DNA of 64,000 bases from Rhina ancylostomus (GCA_030265395.1 JARFYF010000051.1:15925552-15989551); one strand, 5' to 3'; counted from the first letter of the stretch, positions 24,501-35,700 are shown. Notes: a model not told the origin generated them from the letters alone. Made by a program: numbers and translations.

Positions 24501-25820
24501 ACAGCCTTTGACCCATCACAAGCAAAAAAGCTTTTAACAATGTAAATCATTCGTCTTGAATTTCTGTGTTGAATTCTCTAGCCGATCTCACCTCTGCCAA
24601 CCTTCCTTCAACTTTTCACTTTGGCTAAGCTTCTAGCTATTCCTTCTAAAATTTCCTATTGTGGCTTAGTTAATTCTGCCAAGTTTTTATTTTACCAGTT
24701 AGGTCATGGGAAGAACATCTGCGAAGTTGAATCATATTGCTTTTATTAATAAATAACATACGAAATGTAACTCCTCTTACATATATAATAAAATCTTTCT
24801 TCCTGTTGAAATCAAAGCCGTTTACACGATCAAAGCCCCATCAGTTGTCTTCTGTAAATTAGATGATTGTGTAAACCAGGCTTGGCGTTAGCCAGTCATT
24901 ATTACATCAATTTTGATGGCACTTGACAGGGAATTGCTTCCTCATTACTGCACAAAGTCTCAGAGTGGACTTGAATGTACGATTTTCTGATTTGTAGTAA
25001 AGAGAAATGGTTACAAATAATCTATTTTCTACCAACAGCAATGTTAACTATTTTCATGCACAATGTATTATTCTGCTAAGTAAATCTTTTTATCCATTAT
25101 GATCAATTATTAAGTGACTACAACCTGAATTTCTTCATTGTTTAACATAGCAAATTGAAATATGCTCATCAATTTTCGATTGCAGTTTGAAGCCCATTGT
25201 TTGATTTTAAACTTGTAACGAATTATGAAAGCTGTATTACATATATATGGGATTTCTCCAATGGATAATCGGTGAAATCCATGGAGAAAGAGCAAACAGA
25301 TTTAACATTGCCATTTACATTATCTCTATAATGTAGCAAGAGTAGGCAATATCCAGAGGTTTATGTCCCCTTATTTTCAATATATTAGTAAAATAAATAT
25401 ATATAGATATAAACACTTCGTTACAAATTGCTGCCTAACTTTTTCAGGTCTGATGATGTGATTCGGCATTGTTGGAGAGAGCTGTTTGCGGTGGTAAGGA
25501 TCCTGGTGAATGTGGTCTCTTTGTTTTTGATTGAATTGGTGAATTTCTTAAGTCGGTCATTCATCCAAATCCTAGTGGCTGGACTCTTGACAGTAATTGG
25601 AGACCACGTGCTGAAGCCACTTCTGGCAACTTTGTTCAACAGCCTTCTGCAACCCATCATGATATTCCTGTTGAATATTTTCACCAGCATAAGAAATCTC
25701 TTGAACCCTTTAATTGACATCATCAGAAGACTGGTAATGCAAATAGCTGCTCTGTTGCACGCCTTCAAACTAGTGGAGGTGAATTTGAATCGTGCTCCAT
25801 CCATCCATCAGGAAGTTTAA
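3499..25820 (+). CDS. Uncharacterised multi-exon protein (~390 aa): hydrophilic N-terminus plus hydrophobic/amphipathic helical C-terminal domain
   Basis: Phase-consistent exon chain: 3499-3588 (0/0, candidate ATG 3556), 5793-5872 (0/2), 12580-12683 (2/1), 16533-16670 (1/1), 17440-17577 (1/1), 20049-20234 (1/0, contains 10 N), 21457-21578 (0/2), 25448-25820 (2/stop). The 5' end is uncertain. Confidence 0.7.
3650..4158 (+). mobile_element. Solo LTR (probably Gypsy-type) with 4-bp TSD
   Basis: Termini TGTTACG...CGTAGCA (near-perfect inverted repeat), flanked by AGTA at 3646-3649 and 4159-4162. Internal AATAAA at ~4098 and (GA)n at ~3778-3820. Confidence 0.8.
5793..5872 (+). CDS. Plus-strand gene exon (GSAVDSSPWDSEEEGLSKHKEVKQEKR)
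   Basis: tgctttag| acceptor, AG|GTAAAC donor. Phase 0/2 exactly bridges the flanking exons. Confidence 0.6.
7570..9080 (-). mobile_element. L2-type LINE fragments interrupted by an old V-SINE (~8100-8455)
   Basis: The minus ORF contains 'SGVPKGSNLDPLLFFNYM' (RT motif GVPQGS.LGPLLF..Y). A SINE head in reverse lies at ~8380-8455. Confidence 0.65.
9800..12321 (+). mobile_element. Near full-length but heavily decayed RTE-clade LINE
   Basis: Remnants of the APE endonuclease (WNV.TL, IDIAA, LMT.L.TL...HA.VIS), RT-region remnants, and a 3' end gtcgtccttgatcc...aagaagaag. Confidence 0.7.
12580..12683 (+). CDS. Plus-strand gene exon (MSSYKKLSDRQTSKTQASTKPSLPLNEGFRETLK)
   Basis: Strong acceptor ttttctctcttctcag|. 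Donor AAG|GTAGTG, with a possible alternative same-phase donor at 12663. Confidence 0.65.
14200..15060 (-). mobile_element. Rex1/Babar-type LINE 3' portion
   Basis: ORF ...SLPSMDSVYTSHCLGKAANIIK..HP...GRRYKSLKARTNRLKDSF.P..TRLLN. The same family occurs at 22540-22940 and 36290-36812. Confidence 0.75.
15967..16109 (+). repeat. Local ~140-bp duplicate, copy 1 (copy 2 at 16929-17071)
   Basis: cctaaagctat...gttagacttt occurs twice at high identity. Confidence 0.9.
16533..16670 (+). CDS. Plus-strand gene exon (DTDFVGRRFQSPEKF...PDPITQS)
   Basis: ttcatccag| acceptor, A|GTAAGT donor, phase 1/1. Confidence 0.72.
16870..17310 (+). mobile_element. Old tRNA-derived V-SINE (HE1-like) carrying an inserted local duplication
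   Basis: B-box-like ggattcaattc, then V-domain gtggagtttgcac...tcctgtg...gtggatttcc...tcccaaa. Split by 16929-17071. Confidence 0.6.
17440..17577 (+). CDS. Plus-strand gene exon (SYPGWSDSSSETQPIF...EEKKRKKGNIK)
   Basis: tttctttctgcag| acceptor, AAG|GTGAGA donor, phase 1/1. Confidence 0.78.
20049..20234 (+). CDS. Plus-strand gene exon (ETLKK..NTKHLNIQHK...EAGMSLTE)
   Basis: ttttgtttag| acceptor, GAG|GTAATG donor. An internal 10-N gap obscures the exact frame join. Confidence 0.68.
21457..21578 (+). CDS. Plus-strand gene exon (LEQTNVGFTEECIEP...KDAPTYEKN)
   Basis: tttctcttccacag| acceptor, AA|GTGAGT donor. Phase 2 matches the last exon. Confidence 0.82.
22540..22940 (-). mobile_element. Rex1-type LINE 3' fragment
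   Basis: Same 3' UTR (tttattattgtcacttgtac.gaggtacagtgaaaa) as the 14200 and 36290 copies; shorter pieces at ~21725-21820 and ~22010-22035. Confidence 0.7.
22951..23940 (+). repeat. Diverged tandem duplication (~520-bp unit) including a SINE piece
   Basis: ctggtatagatctagccctg...gaaggaatataatgaag.ttgcattagt at ~22995-23155 and ~23515-23670; a shared SINE segment at ~23260-23370 and ~23765-23875. Confidence 0.8.
24361..24450 (+). pseudogene. Degenerate partial duplicate (pseudo-exon) of the 25448 terminal exon
   Basis: Reads SSDTM*HCWKELFAMVGIVVNVVISF versus SDDVIRHCWRELFAVVRILVNVVSLF. The acceptor AG is lost (ttttttg) and there is an in-frame TGA. Confidence 0.85.
25448..25820 (+). CDS. Plus-strand gene terminal exon, hydrophobic helical domain (SDDVIRHCWRELF...GDHVLKPLLATLFNSLLQP...AFKLVEVN...HQEV*)
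   Basis: ctttttcag| acceptor preceded by a ctaac branch-like site; ~123 codons with protein-like amphipathic periodicity. Confidence 0.88.
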
Positions 25821-28800
25821 CCAATCAAGTTGCTTTTCTAGGATATGTGAAAATTCTTGGAGAGGATGGTGAGGATTGGTTATAAGTGAGAATTCCTAAG
25901 CTGGATNNNNNNNNNNNNNGTGGTTATTCAAAGCCATTGGCAGAAATTATACATTCTAGTCATTTGGGGCTTTACATTTTAATTGAATCTCTCAAGCCAT
26001 TTGTTATATGAAACTGGAATAGTGATTGTGCTCAATTCTTTTGTTTGGACATTGGTCATTGCTTGTGCTCATGACCTCTTTTGCTGAAATATTGGTCATG
26101 TGCTATCTTTCATGCAGTTTATTGAATGTTTGTACTCATGCTTTGTCATCCAGGGCTTACTGGTCAATGCATTCATGCTGTCTTCTGTAAAGCATATTAA
26201 GTGTCTGTGATCAATTGCCCCATGAGAGTTGGTCAGTTTTCTGGCTTACATGGTTCCCATTTCTCAGGATGTGTAGTCTCTTGTACTATTCTGTGAAATC
26301 TTAGTAGTTTCTAAGAAAAATCCACCTCTATGTATATTGAACCATTAAGAATAGTAAGGTCAGTGTTGAGTTAGCTGCTTCTTATCAGAATTCTGGTGCT
26401 TTACCACATCAAATAATTTATGAGTTGTCATTCCTGATTGCCGTCCAGTAGAAAGTGTGTGTGTGTGTACATGTGTGTCTACACTTTGCTGAAGTTCATT
26501 CTCTCCATCTTTAAACTCCTCTGAATCTCTACAATCCTCCAATTCTGGACTGTTGCACATCCTGATTTTAATATTTTACAGTTGGCAGCTGTGCCTTCAA
26601 CTCTCTGGGCTTTAGCATTCTCTGAACCTTTCCATTTCTGCACAATATCTTCTCCTTTAAGATGTTTCACATAGCCTTCATCTTTGGCCAAACTGTTGGT
26701 CATCTGCCCTATAAATATATGTGGCCTGAGGCCTAATGTTGTTAGATAATGCTTCTATGAAGTGCCTTGGGATATTTTCCAATGTTAACAGTACAATGTA
26801 AATTCTAATTGTTTTTCTTGTTCCTTAATCATCCAAGTATTTTTATGCAAAATTGTGGCCACTTTGCCCAGCTCTCACTTTCTAATCCTGAAAAATGTTC
26901 CTTCCCATAGTACTACCACCAGAACCAAAATGATTTGTTCATTTGTTATGCATAGATGTTTTGGGGATCCTGCTGCAGCTGTCATGTTTGCTTACACAGT
27001 AGGTACTGGCTTAACTGGATACACTTCTGAGGAGTATCTCAAGTGCCATAGAAATGCAAGTATTTTTTTAAGGAATTTAACATCTGCTGATGTTGCTTGC
27101 ACAAGAGCTACAGAAAGATATTTTCCAACTGTGTTCCAATATGTTCAAATTGAAGCAATTATTTCTGTCTTTATAATAGTGATCTTCCTTCCAATATTCT
27201 AGGATCATAGATTGAAAATTATGACTTGGACCGATGATTCCCAAAACTGTCCACCACTATGAATTTTCTCATCCCAATTTTAGGTTTGTTGTAAACTAAC
27301 TGATGGTGATCAATAGCTATAATCAGTCAACAGTCCCTTATCATTGTATTGTGACTGCCAGAACAGGAGACAGTGAAATAAATGAACCTTGGTTCTCTAT
27401 TGCTACAAGCATTGATGTATTCCTAAGGAACTAAAGATTGTCAAACATTTCAGAGTACAGAAAAATATGTAAAAGAACCAAATGTGAAAAATATTACACG
27501 CTACTGTGGAGGTGGTACATGCTACTGTATGAAGGATAACAGTGGAACAGTTCTGTTTTGAATGCTGATTATATCACAGCACAGTTTAAAGTCTCAGTAC
27601 TTTGGTAATTAGATCGCAAAATGATGCAAGGTCTTTGGGTATTAAAATTTGTAACATATTGAAAGATGTTTAATAAATTAATGCTAAGAGGGTTGGTCTC
27701 CCATGGAGGGTAATAGCAGACCACAGGTCTCCCATTCAGAGAGCTGGTAGTAGAGTACTAGATTCACATTTATTGGAACAACAGAGTGTAGGACTCTCAT
27801 TTGGACATGAGAGTCCCAGTTGCAGGGTATTAGATTTGTTTTCAAAGAATTGTCCTTTTTTTTAGGGATCAATAGAGCACTGGCCTTTCACTCATTGTGT
27901 TAGCAGTTCTAGTAGTAGAGCACTGGACTCCCATTCAGAGGATTCGTAGATATAACACCAGAGACTGGATTCCCAATAGAGGGATCAGAAAAGCACTCAA
28001 GGTTCACTTGACATCCACTTGGGCAACAACACTATTCTCAATGAGGTGGAATCCTCATTTCCACCTGGCAGCTTTGATATATTACATCTCAAGGAACACT
28101 GCAGTTTGGTGTGGGGGAATAAAAGAATACTTTTGAAGATAGTTCCATCAAACTATACTTTTTGTTGTTGAGTTCATTCTCTCAATACAGCAAGAAGATC
28201 AAAGCAATGTCCTTTACTAGCTGGTAAAATTACAATGAAAGAAGTTATGAAACTTAGTTCTGATGTACCAGTTATAAATTCAGGTTAGCATTTAAAGGAT
28301 CGTATTCACCTTTGCCCAAATCAAGCACAGTGTAGTTAAACCCATTGTTTGAGCATAGAATGTTGTGCTTCTTTTAAAAATGACAGATAAATGTCAACAC
28401 AATTTCAACCCCTTTTATCAAAGACAAGAATGCATTATGCATTTGTTTATTAAGCCTAAAGCAATTCTGAGACTTGAATCATTGTGGGAAATGATTCCTA
28501 ATTCTATCCAGAAGTTCTTAATGTGCTCTTTAGAAATGGTTTAGTTATACCAATGCACATCAGCCCCTATGATGTAAAATGTCCTTTCGTAATTTATTTC
28601 AAAATTGTAAATATATATTCCTTATGTAATATGCAAGATTTTAAACTCTTGTTTTTTCTCACCAAACATAATAAAAACTTCTGAATCAATAACTAGTTTT
28701 AATCTCAAGGCCGAATGTGTTGATAGAAAACCAAAATAACAGGAAATCTTAGCAAAAGTAGAATGCACTTCAAAATAGCACGTGAAAGAGGAATACAGAG

Positions 28801-31039
28801 TACTGGATGAAATGTTAACCTATCAGAATAAGGAAATGTGGCACTCTTTCTGTACAGTAATGGATGCATCCTTTAAGATGTATCTTATTTTAATGCTGGC
28901 AGTTTCTTTACTGTAAAGTTTGATATAGTAAGACTGATACCTGACTAATGACTTTTTTTTGGTCCACTTAACGGTGGTCCTGTGAATGAGATGACAGTTG
29001 TGCAAAGTAGTCTGATAAATGGAAGGTCAGCGATTAACTCCACAATTCCATTTGTATGTACAGAGGCTCATGTTATTGAGTGTTAATGCCTCCTCGGTAA
29101 CTGATGAGAATAGTGCTGTGCTTTCTAATCCCTCCATGGGCATCCCACTCATTTCTGCAACTTTTCTACCCAGCAGTCTTCCCCAGATCTCAGTATTTAT
29201 CCATTTTTTTCCCCGCTTGTACATTTGGATTTTCTTTCCTGCTGTATTGATGGCTGTTTTCAGCTGCTTCTTCACTCTGGAATTTCTTACCTGTTTCTCC
29301 ATCTCTCTGCATCTCCTCCTTTATCACGCTCTTTAAAACCTAGTTCCTTGACAGATATTTTGGTCACCAGTTCTAATGTCATATCTGTAAGGACATATTA
29401 AATTGCAGGATCAACTTCAGAAAGTTGCAGGTATGGTGCAGAATTGAAGAGGAGTAATAATTACTTTCTACTAATTTCTGTAAATTTCATAAGTCAGTCG
29501 AGAGGGAGACCAGAGATACTGGGAGCAGCCCATAGGGAGGCTGGAGGCACTGAATATGCCGGTGACTTTAGGAAATGCAATGTCAGGTCAAATAATCCAG
29601 CCTGATGTGGCACAGGCCTCATATTTCAGGAATTCTTACTGTCACTCTTTAAGTAAGGAGTTACTTCTATGGTTCCATGTCAAATTTTGTTCCTTACTAT
29701 ATTAGCAAAAGATTGTGCCGAGAGCTTGTTCACCAGTAGTGCCCAATGCTTAATTAGCCTTTGGTTTCTACTTAATTTATATCAAAATGTCTTAGTATGG
29801 CTGAGGTACGTGTGGCTTTAGTTTATCCTTTTCCCAAAATTTGTGTTCCATCATCTGTAATCTACAATATGACACGTGAATTGTGAGGGAGGTAGACCGA
29901 TAAAATAATCATCTTTGTGTTACTGACTTGATAAGAATGCTTTCTCTATTCCTGGGGAATCACCTGAAATTTTAAATCTGACATAATTTAAACATTAAAT
30001 AATGGCAAAGGAAATTAACTAAAACCTGAAATAAAAACAGAAAACGTTGGAAGTGTTCAACCAGCTCCCATTTCAGGTAGATCTTTATACTAGTTCCAAT
30101 AAATAATACCACTTGCATTATTAATTGTGCTTCAACAGTCAAGAAGCTTGGCAATATTCAGAACAAAATAATTAACATAATCAAAATTTCATACTCTCCC
30201 GGCACTTGGCCACAGTGTACATTACAGTTTGCACCTAAGAAGACACCAAGACCTCTGACAGCAGCATCCAAAACTGTGAGCAGCCCCACCAAGATCATCT
30301 CTATATCACATACCACCCTAAAATGAATATATTGTCATTGTTTTGTTCTTGATGGGTCAAATTCCTGGATCTTCTGGTCTAAAAATACTGGTACTACCTC
30401 CACCACAAATATTGCAGTGGTTGAAGAAATTGACTTGCCACTCCCACCTTCTCGCAGAGCATTCAGAGATTGGGAATAAATGTAGGGCATGTCAGCGGCA
30501 CCTAAATCCCAAGAGTAAATTTAACATAAAGTTCCTCTTTCTGAAGCTGATGGAATTTCTGCATGTTCTAATTATGGTTTATCCATCCTGTCATTTAACA
30601 AAAATGAAGTTNNNNNNNNNNNNNNNNNNNNNNNNNNNNNNNNNNNNNNNNNNNNNNNNNNNNNNNNNNNNNNNNNNNNNNNNNNNNNNNNNNNNNNNNN
30701 NNNNNNNNNNNNNNNNNNNNNNNNNNNNNNNNNNNNNNNNNNNNNNNNNNNNNNNNNNNNNNNNNNNNNNNNNNNNNNNNNNNNNNNNNNNNNNNNNNNN
30801 NNNNNNGGTCATTTTAGAGATGTGGGGTGGAGATAGTGAATGGGGGATGGGGGATGTGGCAAGAGGAAAACATAACAATACTTCGAAGTTACTCAGTTGT
30901 ATTAGTTTCTTGTTTAATCAACTTTAAGTAAATTCTACACTGTCCTTTTCATATAGTAGCTGATTCAGCAATGTTCTGAAGTTAGTGCAGACTGATGAAT
31001 AGGAAGATTTAGAATGCTTGTTTCCCCATTGTAGTCTGG

Positions 31040-32795
31040 TTAAAACAGAAAAACATCTGGTGTACTCTCTGCTGGAGTTACAGAAGTGCTTTGTCTTGCA
31101 GCATCTTTCAAGTAATCCATGGCTGCTGGACCTCTGACTACTGAATTATGACTGGCTCCTTCGACTGCTGGCTCTTTAGCTTCTGGACTTGTTTCTTCTG
31201 CTGTTGAATGAATGCTGGCTACCACTGACACTTCCATACCTGTTCTTCCTGCTGGTTGATCATTGCTAGCCTTCACTGAAACCTCCACCTCTTTTTCTGT
31301 TTCTGAGCTCACTTTGACTTTCATTTGATTCTCAGCAGGTGCTCCTTCCTCTCTACCCATTATGGTCAATCCTTCTGCAGCTTCATCCTCTGCAGCCACT
31401 TGTCTTGCTGATTGGCCCTCAATAGCCAGTCCTGCTGTTAGTTTCTTTTTGGCTCCTTCTACTTTTNNNNNNNNNNNNNNNNNNNNNNNNNNNNNNNNNN
31501 NNNNNNNNNNNNNNNNNNNNNNNNNNNNNNNNNNNNNNNNNNNNNNNNNNNNNNNNNNNNNNNNNNCCTTCTACTTTTGAACATTTTATGGCTCCAGCTA
31601 CTGGACCTTCTGTAGTAACTTTTGGAGTTTCAGTGGCTGTTTTTCTTGCTGCTGTGCCTTCCATTTCACTTTCTCGGATCTCTATGGTCACTCCTGTTGT
31701 TGGACACTGAATGACTACTCCTTCTATCAGCATGGCTGCTGGATTTCCTACTGCTCTTTCACCTAGCAGTGGGTGCTCTGTAACTGTTTTATGTTCCGCT
31801 GCCACTGGACAATTCATTTCTATTAGATGGTCTGTTGACACCTGAGATGCTACTTCAACTGGATGCTGTACTGTTAATGAATGCTCCACTGGCACTAGAT
31901 AATTTATTTCCACTGGATTCTCTGTGGATACTGAATATGTTACTGATACTGGATGCTGAACCACCAGTGGATCCCCTGGTGGCACATCTGCTGCTGCTTG
32001 CTTTGCAGTTGATGGATGCTCAGTTGCTGCTGGCTGCTCTATGGCGGGTGAATAAACTGTGCCTATTGCATGCTTTGTGATTACGTTTTGTATTACCGTT
32101 GGATCCACAGCACCTGCTTTTTCTGAACATATTATGTGTGCTTGTCCTTTTAGCGTGGTCATTGGGTACTCTTGTTCTGCTGAGGATATTTGTTGTTTCT
32201 GCTCTGCAGTTACTTGGTTCTCTAGTCCTTTTATTGTAGAGGTTGAATGGTTTGATTCTCTAGCTGAATTTGCTGACAAGTCTTCCTCTGTTACAGATAC
32301 TGAACACTTAATTTCTCCTTGCATGGTTTCCAAATGTCCTCCTCCTTCATGAGCAGTTTCCTTTATGAATTCAGAAACGTCTGCCTTATTTTCACATTGT
32401 GTCCCCTTCTCCATGTCAGCCTTTCCTGACTCATTTTCTACTCCTGTAGGTAATTGCAGATCAATTCCTAATGAGCAATCCCCAGATACTCTATGCTGTT
32501 CATTCTTGCACTCTGAATGTTGATGTTTTGTATTGGTATAACTTTCTTTTGCCGTTGCATTACTTTTGATACACATGGACTTGCAGTCAGTGATTTGCAC
32601 TAGTTTTCCGTTAGCCAATACAGATTTGACTGCACTTTCTAGTTCTTTAACTGGTGCAGCATCCAGCAGTGCATTTGAGATTCTCCCTTGGTTGCTTGTG
32701 GCACATTCGTTATTTGATTCCTCTTTGCCAATACTGTCCCCTTCATTTGTGTAGGCCAGATTACTGTAAGATGATACTGATTTGTTGGTGTTATC
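31040..32795 (-). CDS. CDHR5: CDHR5-like terminal exon: long low-complexity cytoplasmic tail ending ...TPDVFLF*
   Basis: Acceptor ttctgcaattcag|GAT. Joins ORFs 31419..32618 and 31040..31399 across an N gap whose flanks overlap by 12 nt. Confidence 0.8.
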
Positions 32796-35700
32796 CTGAA
32801 TTGCAGAAAGAAAACAAAGGAGAAATGCTAGTAAAGTAGGTCAAGAGAGAGTGTTTTATTTCTTCATTTTTTCGCCATTGGTAAGTTTTTTAAAAATTCT
32901 TTGAAATTGACAGGTATATGAATCACTGTCACTCACAGGTTAGACTCTGAATAAATGTCCTTAAGCTCTATGTAAAATTCATATACAGCTGTAAAAATCT
33001 GATCGTGTACAGCATAGATTTAACACAATGAAGCTTCCTCAATATTCAGCCATCAATAGAGTGAGTTTATTACAGATTAAAGCTTTCTGTATAGCATTGC
33101 ATGAATATGCCTTTAACCTTAAAACATTAAGGGAAATAAAGTCATGGAATCTCACTAACAAAGGGAATAGGTCAAGAAACTAACTTTGCCACTGCACGAT
33201 TTGCTAAACCTGGGATCTCAGCCCCAATATTTTTTAATTGATAGCTGATTCAGAGAAACTGATAAAAGGATTCAAGTGCTCTCCTAGTACTCTCTTCTAA
33301 GTAGGAATTCAAGCATAATAGAAAAAAAAATCACCTAGTGATGTGAAAAGTTGCTGAATATTTTAGGGAGAAGTGAGCATTATAAATAAATACAAAAGAC
33401 CAAAATGCAGGATTAATGGATCAAATAGATGTTTCTCATTTGGCATTTTTTCTGAGCAGGAAAGAACATTTTGCATCACCAGATCAACCACATTGAAATA
33501 AACAAAGTTCTCAGTTGATTTTTCTCAGCAAATGCCTCTTCAATTCCATCTTAATATTGTTGGTGTTATTATCCTCAGTCATTTCTCTATCAACGATTCA
33601 TCCTACTGATGAAGATTTGTACCTTGTCATAACTTGGATTCACTTGTTTACAATTTTGTGGCAGGCAATAATTTCAAAACCTTTATAACATATATTGACT
33701 TGATTCTGACTTATGTTCTGCTGAATCTATTGATTAAATGGGGATTAGAACACTTGCAGTCTATCTGAGACAGGAACCTGGATTATGGGCAACCTCCAGA
33801 CCCACACATAGCCCATTAGATTTGGGGGTGAATTAAACATACAGCTATCTAATCTATTACATCCTCTAAATAATCAGTTGCTGTTAATGGAGACATCTGG
33901 AAGAACAGAGAATAGAATACAGACTCACCATTTGGAACCACTTTAAGCTCTGAAGACACCGAGTAGTGAACAAAAAAGAAAATGAGCCAAGAAAGAGAGG
34001 GAGAGAAAATGGGTCAGTTTTTGTTCAATTAGAGGAATTATTGCACATTAACTACAAATATGGAATTTGGTTCTTACTAAGCACTCACTCACCAAATAGT
34101 GCACCACACATTGGCAACTCAAAGTTAATGCCAGAGGTAGTGTAAATCATAGATTAACTATTTTCCAATTTGGGATGATTGCATGGAAAACCAATGAATT
34201 TACATAACATGGTTTTGAGAACCCCAAATGTCCCTAGTTATTGGCCAACATGAACCTTAGTTAACTTAATAGGATTGATTCAATGATATTCATGTGCTGA
34301 TGATTATTTTATGGATTCAGTGATAACCATTTGGTCTTACTTGACTAGTTATCAGATTTGTGCAAAGTTGCTAATGTAAATTTGCTTATGTATCATGTGA
34401 AATATGGTAATGTGATAGCCACTTACTTTTAGTTATATGTGGAGTGGCACCCATGGCTGTAGTCCATTCTCCCTGGAGTCTGTTACTTAATTCCTTGATT
34501 CCTACTAAATTATATGCCAACACTCATTCTCTGGCAGGCCAGAATCTTAAATAGGTAAAACGACAGCAACATTCATGGGACTGTGACTACCTACAAAAAA
34601 GTTTGTTGGCCTAAAAATTCAGTTGCCCCGTGGTTACTTTTCAACAGCAAAATATGCACCAAAGCATTCATTATAGCATGGGTCTGTGGGGGCACTAAGT
34701 TATTGGTTAAGGCAATAATACTCTCCAGAACTTGAAGTTTTGTATATACAGACAAGCATACAACAAAAAATATACTTTGAAAAATGCATTGACAACATTA
34801 TCTATTTTTATTAAATTACACCTTTAATTAAAAATGCAAAGTTCAGTTACTTTCTAGTTTCAGAATCCAAATGTATGATACTTTGTGTACTAATGTAAAA
34901 TTTTGAATATTATGTAAAACATCATTTGTGTTCTCTTGAGTGGAACCAGTGTTGTTAAACTGTTGAGCTTGATATTGGTCTTGAACTTCTGAGATAATAT
35001 ACTAGTATGGATTATAGGTTCACAGATGACAGAAAGTAGGAATACATAGTTTATTTTCTGATTGGGAGGCTACAACCACCAGAGTGCCGGAAGAATTAAA
35101 TCTGGGTGCCTGGCTATTAATAATCTATATCAATGATTTGGATGGCAGGATTGTGTGATATACTCAAGCTTGCTAATAGTGCAAAGCTTGGTGGCAACAT
35201 CAACTGTGAGAAGGTTGCAAGGGGGCTTCAGTTCGTCAGGTTACGTGAATAGGCAAAGTCATGGCAGATGGAATGTAATGTGGAAAAAGTGACATTAAGG
35301 GCAAACTTAATCCAAGTGATTTGATCTCAGTGGAGATAATGAATTATTGTGAAGAAATCATTCATCCCAATAGTATGGGCTGGACTGGAGTCAGATTCCT
35401 CAGGTCAAAGGGCATTTATTCAGGATACTTCTTGTCTATAGCATAGAAGCAATTCATTCAGCTCTACAGTTTTGATTCAGCCTTTGTGGTCCACTTGAAT
35501 TTTCCCCTTCCTCCTTACCTTCCTTATTTGCTTTTTTATAGTCTTTTAAATGCATGTATGCTACTTGCCTTAACTAATTTTTATAGTGCCACATTCAATA
35601 TTCCAACCACTATCCAGGCAAAGATGTTTCTTCTTAATCCGTTACTGAATTCATTACTGAATTCATTAGTGATTATCGTATATCATACCACATGGAAATA

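Noticed and set aside
25421-25804. 127-aa minus-strand ORF
   Set aside because: Antisense shadow of the plus-strand terminal exon.
29019-29336. Overlapping 105-aa and 91-aa ORFs on both strands
   Set aside because: No recognisable domain or splice context, and the 3' part runs into a LINE-like tail.
30343-30927. Long ORFs spanning N runs (also at 14358, 45691, 52426, 61443)
   Set aside because: Their length is inflated by assembly gaps.
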